From Bugula neritina (Eukaryota; Animalia; Bryozoa), in NCBI GenBank assembly GCA_964035545.1, contig OZ037767.1:7698581-7762580 (forward strand): a stretch of 64,000 nt of DNA, in the 5' to 3' direction. Positions within the stretch are counted from its first letter, which is position 1; every line of letters starts with the position of its first letter. The notes under the pieces were generated by a model. That model searched no databases. It worked only from the letters and a program-made list of their open reading frames with translations, and was not told where the DNA came from. Below, piece after piece: positions 1 to 13,100 of the stretch. The translations under genes were made by a program, and so were the position numbers.

Positions 1-691
1 CTGTTTCATATAATGCACCAATATTTTATAGAATGTCTGAAGAGACAATCCTCTTATATAAAAACTTATATCTGAAGGTGCAACAAGCTAATTTTATTCT
101 GCTGTGGTAAGTAGTATATAAGGAAGCAAACTAGGCACATTAATTAATGCTACTTGTATTACTAGAATAACAGTGAGATTTACTAAAAAAATTAGATGCG
201 CAGCAGTTTAGCGTCAACCTGCAGTAGCTTCTATGACTTTTTAATGAAGAAATTGCTTGAAACAATCTATAAAATATTTTAATATAGTATATATAGGGTT
301 AAAGGTTGACATAGTTAAGACTCGTAGAATTTGTACTCAATTTGAGAGAATGCTTAGTGATGCTACCAGCAATACACATTAATTAATAAAATATGTTTTG
401 CACAAAACAATTGCGTTTTCTGTCTCAAACATAGCTTTTTACTTAATTCATTAAAAAAAAAATTCAAGAACGCATACTTGTTTATATACTGCAAGTTATA
501 AAATATTTGAAAAAGTTAGTAGCAACTCAATTAGTATTTTGTATGTACTGACACTGGTGCAACCACTCATCAGTATTTAACAAACTACAGCCTAACTGAC
601 TCGTTTATTACACCTAAATAACTACACATAATTTTATAATGAAGCACTCAATTATAAAAAGAAATGCCTAAAACACTGTACCATGCATTAC

Positions 692-767
692 CTTGAGCAG
701 TGCTGACTGAAAGACATACTGAGTAAATAACAATCAGCAACCAGAATCTTTCTACACCAACCTTCAT
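692..767 (-). CDS. Exon 1 (signal peptide) of receptor paralog C; remainder lies off the left edge
   Basis: [25 protein letters not shown] then phase-1 GTAATG donor; 76 bp like exon 1 of copies A and B; flanks 1-1430 are homologous to 60700-62140 and 39835-40940. Confidence 0.85.
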
Positions 768-1883
768 TCTCCCATCTGTACTCTGTTAACATTCAGTGTA
801 AAATAAACTAACAGAGAAAGAAGAAGGAAGTTAATCTGTAAAAACATTTACGTAAGTAAATCTATTTATTACATTCCTACATAATAAAGGGGGTGTTGTA
901 TTTAACCATTGTTACAAAGCAAGAATATCTTTAAATAGCTAAAAGGTTTTTGAATGCACTAAGCTCATTCGTTCATTTACTACTCAATTGTATGAGTCGC
1001 CTGTATTAAATAAATACAATCTTCACAATTCTATACAATCACTTTCTCTTTTATTTCTAAACTTGCTTTCTTTTATAATGCATGCAAGCTTAGTAACTCA
1101 AGCATAATATGTGTCAACTAACTAAAACAAGTTTTTGTAGCTATAGTGTTGTTTCACATGAAATAGAGTCTACAACAGTAGAATCTAAACTAACTATTGA
1201 TTTCCAGGATTCACCAATACCATATATTTACCCAAATACTCTAATTCATGACTGCTGAGTGAAGTTATTCTGTTTTTTTCAAAAGTACACTGATGTTTAG
1301 AGTATTAAAAAAACTTCTTGGCATCTCATTACTACAGTAGCTCTAGTAAAAATAGTTTTGAAATGCCTCAACATTAAACGCACAAAACACCAATGACCTC
1401 ATTGACCCCAATAAAGTTCCTGTTTATGCTTGCATGGGGGACATTACTCATCTACCTTGCACTGATTGTTAAATCTGTGGTTGTCAGAGTGGTTTGGGTG
1501 ACTAGCCCATATTTTTGCCCCACAATTTCCGCCAACGTTGATGTGGTGAGGTGATGCAGTAAATGTTCAAATATACTAAAAACTAAATGAAACCATATAA
1601 CAGTATGTGAACACATGTTAACAAAACTAATAGCAGTGTCATTTTGTTTTTGCTGTTACGGCGTAAGATACGGTAAGTGTGAATGAGGGGTGAGTGTGCC
1701 CAGGGGTGCTACCGCAATCAATTAAAACTAATTAGTTTTGTACAATAATATACAAGCTCAATAAAAAATTCTAAGGAACGTCTCACTTGCAAATAATTTT
1801 CTATTTGACATATATTTTCATGCGGCTAACCAAACGCAAAAGTTTGTTGACATTATGAATTGATATGTTCTCTGAGGAAGAGA

Positions 1884-1928
1884 TGTGTGTGCGTGTGTGT
1901 GTGTGTGTGCGTGTACATGTGTGCGTGT
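1884..1928. repeat. (TG)n microsatellite
   Basis: Imperfect TG/CG run; shorter counterpart near 41345-41372. Confidence 0.8.
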
Positions 1929-3953
1929 TATTTGTAGTCTTCAATGCAAAGATGCTTAATGACCATTGAAGCGTGGAAAGACAAGGGTATATAGTTTAAC
2001 TTATAAGTCCTTCAGGCTTATGAAGCAAAAATAGTTGCTTCAGAGCTGTTGCGTATTATAAATATCTATACAAAAATGCTTCTTTTAATAAAAGTAGTTG
2101 TTAAAGTTCAATATTTTGCTATGAGCATTTCTACAAATACTCAATTATAAGTTTCACTATCTAAATTCTAGACAACATTCTACAACATTTTTAATAAGTT
2201 ATTTCATTTTAAAAGGCAAGTTACTTCATGCTCGGTGTTTATAATGTAAACGTTTATATATTTGCAATTTGTTACTTTATTATTTTACTATTTTTGTGCA
2301 TTATCATAATAATTAATTGTCTCACTTGTTGTAATAATTTTAGTAATTAATTAACTTGAGCACGGTCTCTCTTTTTTACGATAGCTGAAATAGTATAACA
2401 AAATAACATAAAACATGGTGCCCCGAGTCTGATGATTATTAATATTACACTGAAACAACATGGAGCAATTACTAGCGCCGAAACCATCAGCAGATGGACT
2501 GAATCTACCTGAAGAGTGGAAGATTTTTTAAACGTGATTTCAAACTTTTTTTAACTGCCACATTAAAAGATACAGCCTAAGGCAAAATAAAAACTGCATA
2601 CCTACTTATAACTATCGGTCGCCAAGGCAACTAAATATACGACTCTTTCAACTGGACTGTCAACAATGACAAAACTGACTACGACAAAGTTGTGACACAG
2701 TTTGATGACTACTGCAAACCAAGAATAGGTTTAGTGGCTAATATTCACTAACTACTGACTTGTAAGCAAGGGAACAAAACTACTGACAAATTTTCGACTA
2801 AACTACATACCATTGCAGGACTGTGTGACTTAAAAGACATGTACAACCGACTGATACTACAGGCACTGATACTGGGAATTGAAAGTGACAAGATTAGAAA
2901 GAAACTGTTTTACTTGACTGACTTTGACAAAGCAATTGAGCTCTGCAGACGGGAAGAAGCATCGGCTATTGACTACAAGACTATGACTAAGGATAACACT
3001 TATGGACTCGAACAAGTGAACTTGGTAAAACATAGACCTTTGACTCATCAATATCACTCTGACAACACTTGTAACACTGATAAACACAGAGGACAGCTCT
3101 CACACACTCGCTCTCAGCCCAACGTCAGAAGATCAGTTGGTGCTTCTAGGTGTGGAAACTGTGGAGGCAACCACCCACCTCGAGCATGCCCAGCATATGG
3201 GAAACAGTGCAATCATTGCAAAAAATTTAACCACTTTGCCGCATACTGCAGGTCACGCATGCATCATTATCACGACTCAACCGGAACAGCCAATCAAGTC
3301 ACCTGGAATTACTCTCCAGACAGTGACTCTCAACATGTAAGTATTATCTCCACTACATTACAGGGTTGTAAATTATTAGCGATGCTCACTGCTAAGCAAG
3401 CAGATAGTATTTATAACATTGAATTCCAACTTGACACTGGTGCATCATGCAATACTTTGAATATACGGTTGACTACGGCAAGCTAGGTAGACCGAAATTT
3501 ACACTGACTGATACTGTACTAACTTTATATGACCAGAGCAAGTGTGCACCACTAGGGTGGACACAGATATACAGATACTAAGCAAGCAAGGATGGGACAC
3601 TACATTAAAATTTCTAATTGTGGAAACCACCCAACATAGCTTGCTGTCATGGGAATCATGTTTGCACCTGGATTTATTACAAATGCCCAGCACCAAAAGC
3701 GAAAATATAAACTTTGCCACTACTGACCCAGACCTTCAGATGTTACTGACTGACTTTGATGACATATTTACTGGAGTTAAAAAGTTGAACAAGAATACAG
3801 GATAGAGCTAAGACCTGAAGCTGTACCAGTGCAAGTCCGACCGCAGAAGGTGCCCTTGTCCATGAAATCAGATCTCATCAAGACTATTCTTGAACTAGAA
3901 CAACGCCAAAAGTAGAAGCACCTACAGAATAGATAAGCCACCTACAGCCAGTA

Positions 3954-4709
3954 CACAGGATAGTTAAGGGCATCCTCACTAAGAATATCATAAATTTCTC
4001 TCAAAATGTAGTTTGGGTTCTTGAATAATATTGCTCTGCGGGTGGCATGCGTGTTGCCTACTTGTAATTGTTTAGCCTAAGATTAAACTACAACCAATAA
4101 GCAGCAACCTTCGTTAGGGCTGCGTTATCTATCAACATTCCATTATTGGTGCTACATAAACAAAGTACAAAGCAAGCTATTCATTATAGCCTGCCAGCTA
4201 GCTAGCCTGTAATTATTATGTAGGCGCCAATATCTTCTCATCCCTACGTGCTCAGTGAAGCGTGAAGTGCTGCGCGCTGCTAGTTTCTTATGAGAAAATA
4301 TGGCATTTTCAGTGTATAAATCACCAATTTATGAGCAATCTAGCAGAGTTATTGAAAAAAGAAAAAAAAATACACTGGAGAAATATCTTAGGATTCCAGC
4401 AGTGCAATTTTTATTCAGATATCATGCTTTGCTGCTGAGATATTTTACTGGTACTGAAAAGTCAGCTTTTCAGGCAAAATTGGCCAAAATTTCGGCAGTT
4501 TTTTGTCTATAACTTCGCAAAAAAATGAAAATTGAAATTTCCAAAAAACTTACACTGGAGAAAAAGAAGATCTACAACATAGTTTTTAAATTTTGACTCT
4601 AGCACAATTAGGTGAGATTTTATTTTACTGGTACTGAATTCTTATATGATTACAATGCAAACCTCAGCAAGGCAGTTGCAGCTAAAAGGTTGCCTTTAAC
4701 TATCCTGTG
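3954..4709 (+). mobile_element. 756-bp non-autonomous DNA transposon (CACAG-ended MITE, CMC/EnSpm-like) nested in Gypsy RT
   Basis: TIR CACAGGATAGTTAAGGGCA; 2-bp TSD TA; removing it restores RT LQPVRKPN. Confidence 0.9.
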
Positions 4710-5985
4710 TACGCAAGCCTAATTGAAAGATACGCATTTGCATAGATCCGCAAAATCTCAATCAAGCAATTTAACGAAACCACGCTGTCATGCCAACATT
4801 GGAAGATGTTATGCCACAACTCAACGGTGCCAAGTTTTTCTCCTTGTGTGACGCCAAAGAAGGTTTCTATCAACTTCCTCTAGCTGAAGAATCTACAGTC
4901 TTGACAACTTTCTGGACTCCCATAGGGAAGTACAAGTACCCAAGGCTACCCTTTCCGAATTTCATCAGTGCCGGAAGAGTTCAGAGAAGGCGCACGGAAA
5001 ATCTTGCTGGTCTTGATGGCATCACCATAGTTGCAGATGACATCCTAATTTTTGGAAGGACAAGGAAAAAGCATGATAGAAACCTTGAAGCACTTTTCAT
5101 ACGTGCTCGACAGACACGACTGAGACTGAACAAGGAAAAATCCCGCTTCCTTCATGACGAACTACCTTACATTGGACACATACTGACAACTAATGGACCT
5201 AAACCAGATCCTAACAAATTAAATGCCATTCTTAAGATGAAACCTCCCTCATCTCCACAAGGAGTAAAACGGTTCCTTGGTCACATCACGTACATGTCGA
5301 AATTTATTAGCAATCTAGCATCGGAATCTGAACCATTACAACGTTTACTGACACAAGACAATGCTCGAGACTTTCACTAGACTGACGACCAAATAAATGC
5401 TTTTAATAGACTGAAGACCTTACTAACCAACTCGGAAACTCTACAATACTTTGACTGCAACAAGCCAGTAACTATACAAACTGACGCTTCAAATGCTGGT
5501 GTGGGTGCAACACTCATGCAAGGAGGCAAGCCTGTAGCATATGCATCTCACAGTTTAACAAAATCGGAACAGAACTATGTACCTCTAGAGCTTGAGTGCC
5601 TTGCCATAGTGTTTGGCACTGAACGCTTTGACCAGTATATCTTTGGTCACCAAGCTATCACTATCCAAACTGACCACAAACCCCTTGTATCTATTTTCAG
5701 GAAATCCATTCATAAGGCATCTTGGAGGTTGCAGGCTATGCTTCTTCACTTACAAAGATACCCCAACATTAAGGTAACTTGGCAAAAGGGTGCTGAACAG
5801 ATCACGGCTGACTTACTCTCAAGATACTCATACTTTGACTCTCCCAACTATCAACAACTACCAGAACACATTTTTTACGTTGACTCTCAAAATAATGATG
5901 CGCCTGTTTGTGATGACTTAATTAACAACATAAGGACTGCTACTGCACAGGACAATGAACTTATGACACTGACAAATCTTATTAA

Positions 5986-6675
5986 CCTTTACGCGATCAA
6001 TGGACCATATATGTCCCTGAAAGCGACACTATCCACAGATCAATGGACCATATATGGTCTTTTAGGTAAATAAACAATAGCGCTTACTTTAAACTTCCAG
6101 TTTTCAACCAAAAAGCCTAAAAGTTTTTGTAATTGATGTTGATAGGGCAGCTTAGTAATTTTGGGATAATTATAGCCATTAAATTTGATTAAATTAATAG
6201 CTACCAAGCCAGCTAGTTGCTTTTCAATTTAATCCCTTAATTTCAAAATTGTCGGTAAGTTTTAACGCTACTTTCAAATGCATGAAACTGATGTCCAATT
6301 ATAGAGAGCCAGTTTATTTTATTCAGATTTTATTTAGAAGAACATCTAAATAAACAGAAATGTTAAAGTCACTATATTTTGAATCATATTATAAATTAAT
6401 TTTATTATTTTAAATTTTCAATTTTAAAATGGCGGTTTTGAGAGGTCAAATTAAAATGACTGATTTTAGCTAGAATTGAGGTCTCCCGTCACTTTAAGAA
6501 GCTTTTTATAAAAGAAAATACTCTTAAAATTATAATACCCAGTTTATTTAAGGCCAAAATCAAGTGTAACTTTTTAAAAATGAAAATGAAAGTTATGCAA
6601 AATTTGTTAGCAAATTTCGCGATAAACTCCAACGAGGCTTAAAATTACGTAACTTCAAAGTTGATCGCGAAAGGG
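5986..6675. mobile_element. piggyBac-type MITE nested in Gypsy pol
   Basis: TTAA on both sides; TIR CCTTTACGCGATCAA / TTGATCGCGAAAGGG; removing it restores LIKHDW. Confidence 0.88.
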
Positions 6676-9600
6676 TTAAACATGACTGGAACACTACTGA
6701 CTGCACAACTCATGACAAGTACAAATTTACTTTCAGGACGAACTATCTATTGACAATGGCATTGTTTACAAAGGACTAAGAGCCATTATTCCAAAGGCAC
6801 TCCAGAGAAAGTTTCTCCAACTACTACACACTGGCCATAATAAAATTACCTCCACACAGTGTTTTGGCTTGGCATCACTAATGACATCAAAAACAATATT
6901 GCTAGCTGTCTACAATGTCAACTAGATGCTCCTGGCAACAGAAAAAAACACTTTTACTCCACACAGTTCCCCAACAACCCTGACAAAAGTAGGAATTGAC
7001 TTGTTTGAATACAATCACACTCATTACATTACTATTGTTGATTATACGACTGACTACCTTGAATACGACCGACTGGACAACCAAACAGCAGAGACTGTAA
7101 TCAACTCCATAAAGCGCTGTTTTGGACGCCTGGGAATACCCAGACAGGTTCACACTGGCAACAGACCACAGTTTACTTCACACCAGTTTTCTACTTTTAG
7201 CCAATCATAGAATTTCACACACCACCAGCACTCCATATCATCTTCAGTCTAATGGGAAGGCAGAGTCTGCTGTGAAGATATATAGTCAAACGCATACTCC
7301 GCAGATGTGAAGAGCTTGAACTTGCGTTGCTGGGACATCTCAATACCACCAAAGAAGGTCTGACAGCCAGTCCAATTCAGCAACTTATTGGAAGGCCCAC
7401 CAGGTCAGTACTACCACAAGGCAGGACAGAAACAGAGGACAACCAAGGTTGGTGGGAGACGCGGGGCCGCAATGAAAAACTACAGCAGAGATGCAATGAC
7501 GGTGCAAGAGATTTGGCAGTGTTGAAAGAAGGGCAACCAGTTTTTGTTTGAGACTGGAGTCAGCATCGGAGAAAATGGCAGGAGGCACAAATTAACAAAC
7601 AATTGAGTAGCAGAGCCTATGCTGACAGCCCAACAACAACCTCTTTCGGAGAAACCGGCAAGATATCAGACCGCTCGTCACGGAGCCAGCGAGTCCTGAG
7701 ACACCAAAGGATCCTAAACAAAATGCTAGTAGCACCCAGGTTGACACCACCGAGAGCGCCAATCATAGCGACAACCTAGCGCGTCCAACCAAAAAACGAA
7801 AGCCCCCTAGTTGGATGGCAGACTATGTGCCCTCTTGGAACATTCATACCTAACTAGCTTTTTTCTATTCTGTGGGAGATGTTCGGTGTTTATGTAAACA
7901 TTTATTTGTCATTTGTTATTTTATTATTTTACTATTTTTGTGCATAATCTTAATAATCAACTGTCTCACTAATTGTAATAATTTTAGTATTATCTTGTAT
8001 ATATATTGTGGTAATAAATCACGGCTGCGGCCTCTTCCATTAATCAACTAACTTGAGCACATTCTCTCTTTTTCACGAAAGCTGAAATAATATCACAAAA
8101 TAACATAAAACACTTCATAAAATCTGAAACAATCACAATTTATGGTCTGCTGTGAAATAAAGCTAGTTCAATTAATTGTATGCTAAGCCTTTGAATAATA
8201 AATTTTATGGTCCTGTTTCTTTTCATATTTCAATATCTCTAGCTTGGAGACCGAGAAACAATTTTAAAGAATTTACTTACTGAACATTTGGCTTATCAAA
8301 AATTATTTTTGATACACAAATTTTGTTTATTAAAATATTTTTCAATGTCACAATTGTTCAAGTAAATTATAAAGGTAAAACTTAAGTTGAAGTAAAATTA
8401 CCAGAAAATCTTTTTTTTTATATATACAAATATATTTCCCAATGTTTTTTTTGGGCACCTGAGATTTATTTTTTGTAGCAACAGAAGTTGTTTGTCCATA
8501 AAAAGCAACAGATGCAGCACCAGCCAGCTAACAAGAAATTGCATGCTCTTAACTTCAAGTAGAGAAGCTATATTTAATCCTCGATTTTTTACCATAAGGC
8601 AAAACTGTGTCTTTTCTCAAAAAGTTGCCCCAACTGGTGTATATAAGTGCCATTCTCACGAAACAATCCTTTACAGGCAAAAATAGTTTTTGTCTATTTA
8701 AAACTAGCAGAACAAAAGCTTTGGAGTGACATAAAGCAAAAACAATTGCATCTATATGTCTAACCCACCCAATTTTGTGTGTCAGCACCCCTGCCACACC
8801 TAAATCTGGTCACAAGCTTTTGACTATTGGTTATTATTAGGCTGCATGCTGTTTGAAATTTGATGGTAGTCAAAGCCATTGCATAAAAAACATCTTCACT
8901 AATTAATAAAAAATTGCTTGCTAATAAATTCAACCACAGGTATGATGTTTTGCAAATTTATTTGAAATAGTAACAACTCATTACTAAATGAACCAAATCC
9001 ACAAAAAATGCATTAGAATGCATACAGTGAAGCAATAGAAATGCTACAGTTAAAACTAAAAATATTGGCTAATATTTTAGCAGTTCACATCAGCTACAAA
9101 TTTGACATATAACAATATTGTTTATTCTATCCATATACACTGCGCATGTAAACACTGCAAAGAAAATTTTGTTTTTGCAATTAGTTGTTGCAAATAAATA
9201 AAGTTTTTTGTCTCCAAACATTCTTTTCTTGTTACAGAGCTAAACTAGCTTTATTTCATGTGACATATAACATGTGAATAATAAAACAGAACGCACAACT
9301 CAGGAAATTATATTGTCTTACAAATAAAAAATGTTTTTTCCCAGTCTCTATAATACTGTGCATAGATTTCACTATATAAAAATTATTATTTTAGTGCACA
9401 ACTACTCTGTATAAAAGATATATAGAATTAAACTTATCATCATGATCAATAGTCACATTTCTCAAGAATCATAATAATTACTCAAAACCATAAATATTAT
9501 AGCTTACCTTCCACTAATAGAGTTCATGAAACTTATTATAGAGAGTAATAACAATTTTTTTTTTCTAAATATTTGAAGATATTTCAGAATTTTTAAAGTT

Positions 9601-9783
9601 TTTGTTATCAAATTTTCAAATATAAAAAATAGTAAAAGCAGTAAATTTTAGGAGTTGGAAATATTAAATAGTTCGCCACCATAAAGAAGGAATACTAGAT
9701 AGTTTTGTGTTATGTAATACTTGGCAGTCAGATTGGTTAGATTTTAAAATTAAAAGTCAGCTAAGAATGAATATATTGAATAT

Positions 9784-10100
9784 TTAATTAGAAACTGCAG
9801 CATAAACATGGTCTGAAGCAGCTGGTTGATCTATTTGCAGAACTTCATAATTTACATGCTCTTCCTTTTCAAAAGTTGTATTCATGTAAGTGGGTTGGCA
9901 AGCAGTTGTAGCAGACATGATATTAGAAGGTACTTCATAGGCTGATCCAATATTTCTATCATTGGCAACAGGTGCACGGAGGCCTAAATCTTTCATTGAG
10001 GCAATTTTTTTTCTTTGCATAAGACTTATGCCACCAAATACAACTGCCACCATAAAGGTCAATAATAAGGCTGCTGATAATCCAATCACAATAAACGAGT
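9784..10100 (-). CDS. Paralog A TM plus cytoplasmic tail exon
   Basis: [26 protein letters not shown] followed by QRKK stop-transfer; SAYEVP, PTYMNT, VNYEVL, HVYAAV; TAA stop. Confidence 0.88.
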
Positions 10101-13100
10101 CTAAAAGTAACAAGTTATAAAATAATGAAAATACTAAATCTTGCTGATTAAACAACCTACTTATATATACTCTTTAATTAAAGAAGGATATTCGATGAGT
10201 TAAATGCAATGATGGCATTCAAAAACAATGTATTTAAGACAACTACCTTTAGACTCATTGCTATATACCTATAGTAATCACCATGCAACCAGAATGTTAC
10301 TATGCAATGTACTACAAAAAGACCCATTTAGGACTATATCTTATATATACAAAAGCTGTCTTACTAGAGTCTTTACAGATCAGCGGCTCTCCTAACCATT
10401 CAGTCATCAACTCAGTATTCACCACACAGTGTAGGTGATGGTCTCCTCCTTCTTGTTCTTTTCCTTTTTCACATTCATAGAGGATAAACTCCCCAATCTG
10501 TACTGGATCTCTTGCAGATGATTTAGTGCCAACTCCAGCTGGTGGGTTTGAGCATGTGGTAGGAGGAACTACAATCAATTGTAATATAACAGCTATGTTT
10601 GAACGGCAAAAATAGTAAAAAACACTATTGGAATTTCAATATGTATGAAAATAACATGCTCTCTGGTTTAAACATATAGAATGGTAACTTTGTGCTATAA
10701 TTTTTATTGAAAGGTTGCAGTAAAACCCTCAGTTTTTGCATATTATTATTACTCTTTACATAAAATTAAATAGTTGTGAGTATAACCTATTAGTACCACA
10801 CAATCAAAAATGCTAACCTTTAAAGCTGTGTCCTTCCCCAAGTAGTTTCACATACTCATCGTCAGAGCCCTGTAAACATAATTACATTAAAGTATATTAT
10901 ATAAAGCTAATACAGATTCTCTGACTATAACTAACTTGTTAGGTGGACCAAAGAGAGAAGCAGCTTTTGATATAAAAGAGAGTGCAGCTGCTAAAGCAGA
11001 CCAGTTTGCAAAAGTTTACGTGAGCCTCAGCTGTTTAAAGATACGCTTCCGGAAGATGCGTCCGGAAGAACGATTCGTATATCAGGCTACACCGTTTTTT
11101 CTCCTTAGTGTGACTATACAGGGGATAGTTAAGGGCATCCTCACTAAGGATATCATAAACTTTTTTCAAAATGTAGTTTAAGTTCTTGAATAAAATTGCT
11201 CTGGAGGGGGGGGGCATGCATGTTGCCTACTTGCAATTGTTTAGCCTAAGATTAAACTGCAACCAATAATCAGCAACCTTCATTAACTTTCTAATGCCTA
11301 ATTATTGTGATTGTTGCTAAAGCTTTAAGTGCAATGAAATTTTTATGAAATATCCATTCCGGAGTTATATTACTATTGTTACCATTTTCTCGTTTTGTAA
11401 TAATACCGATACTTGAAATTTATTGTTCAAATTTCGGGTCTTCCTAAGTGCAAACCCCTCCCCCAATTTTCGGACAACAAAGGATATTTTGTGAGCGTGT
11501 ACTTTGTTCTGTTTGTATAAAAGCAGGTGAGTTTCCAGTGTAGATTCAGTCTACCACTGGAGCTCGACTTGTGGGTAATTGAATGAAATCAGCCAGGGAA
11601 CATATTTCCTTGTTATAGAAGAGACAAGAGAGAGAATTGAAATAGCGGTGTGTGCTGTATCTTTATTGTATCTTTGATCCTTCAAGTTCGAGCTACAGTC
11701 CTCAAGTGAATGAAGCTCAAAAATAGGTTTCCTTTTATACTAGCCAGACAAAGGAACTCTAGAACTTTCTACCGACAGTAGGCAAAAGCTTGGTAGGGTA
11801 TGGTGACATTTGTCATGTCGATAACCGACAGACGAATGTCGGCATCCACTTGCCAAACTCAGTCCAGCTGTCGCTTCACATGAATCAGCAAAAATGAACC
11901 CAACCAAGTGTATGCCTATTGTAACTTGTAATAGACCATGTAAAACTCAGCCAATCAGCGAAGTGTACCAGGTCAATGTCTTATAATTGTAACTGATATA
12001 AAATTCTGCAAGTTCAATTGCAAAATGCATGCTCCTAAAAGCTAGTTGTGCAACTTTTTTTTCATGCATTATTTAATTTCATATCTTAAATTGATGATTC
12101 TTGAAATGATTTTTTAAAATGTCTAAATTAAGTGTTTATAAAATGCAATTAAAAATTGCATGTCTAGAAAAATGACCTGGTACAAGTTTGCAACTTAAGG
12201 CCAATTATTACATAACTGCCAGCTTAGTAGTTATTTGTTGTTGCAGCTTGAATGGGTTATTGTTTAGCATTGGAAGCTTGCAGTAAACATCTGTAAATTT
12301 AGTACGTGACTTTGATTGGCTGGTTTTTGAATGGCCCTTTAGTATATGCATCTGGATGGCTGGGTAGTGTAGACTCCGCCTACATCTAGCTAATGTACAG
12401 TAGCCAATCCACAGTAGTATTACAAAATTTCTGTTTAACAAATGAAATATTCTGGTCATTTGCTTTGTACTTTACAATAGTAAATATTCTATTCAACTAG
12501 AAATTTATTGTATGTAAGCCATGGGAACTACTAAGAGGTTAAATCAACCACCCATGCTGGTAATATTGTTGCTCGCAGTAATAGCAAGTCTACACCATAT
12601 AAATATACACATAAGCTATTATGTGCAGCTTATGAATGCTGAAATGACCCCATTTCTTACCTTCAATTTGAAAAATTAGTATTACATATTCTGCCACTTC
12701 TGCACCAGGAACTTGTTTTCCTTTCAAATTTTGAAAATAGTAGTCAGTTTCTGCAGCACTCAACATCCACAATAAACAACGTAAGCTTTCAAATAAACTA
12801 CAAATATATGAAATATTAGTGTGAAAACAATGTAATTTATTCATTGCTATGATGAAAAATTACAAGAATATTATATAAAAGCTAGATATAGATTTCTATA
12901 AAATGGCACAGGTAAAAATAACACATTTTTACTTCAAATTCTAGATTTCATCAGTCACCAATGGTCATGGCTGTAGATTACAAAGAGCATAGCAGACTAT
13001 CATAATCATAATCATAAGGATGGTCAGCCCACTGAGCAAAATCCAACTCCAACCCTTCATTTGGGTTACCAACGCACTAAAGCATATAATGTAAGACGCA

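Larger units (their letters stand above)
2460..7600 (+). pseudogene. Disrupted gag-pol of the Gypsy element
   Basis: ORF pieces 2839-3486 (gag/PR), 4790-5380 (RT), 5501-6073 (RH), 6926-7551 (IN), broken by stops and two MITE insertions. Confidence 0.9.
2229..8112 (+). mobile_element. Full-length decayed Ty3/Gypsy LTR retrotransposon (Mag/K02A2.6-like)
   Basis: LTRs TG..CA at 2229-2415 and 7880-8112; 5-bp TSD CTTCA (2224-2228, 8113-8117); PBS TGGTGCCCCG at 2416 (matches the 3' end of elongator tRNA-Met); PPT before 7880; gag CCHC knuckles, protease LDTGASC, RT IVADDILIFG, RNase H, integrase in Gypsy order with stops and frameshifts; empty paralogous site at ~41660-41680. Confidence 0.95.

Noticed and set aside
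4300-4512. [16 protein letters not shown].. repeated at 33511-33807
   Set aside because: Lies inside the non-coding MITE; copies differ by frameshifts; no domain motif
8398-8797. Overlapping ORFs similar to 42094-42393
   Set aside because: Similarity comes from the segmental duplication; frames are broken by indels and stops between copies
12208-12844. ORFs mirrored at 15247-15814
   Set aside because: Product of the transposon's inverted arms; no recognisable protein (a YqaJ/PHD second ORF could not be supported)
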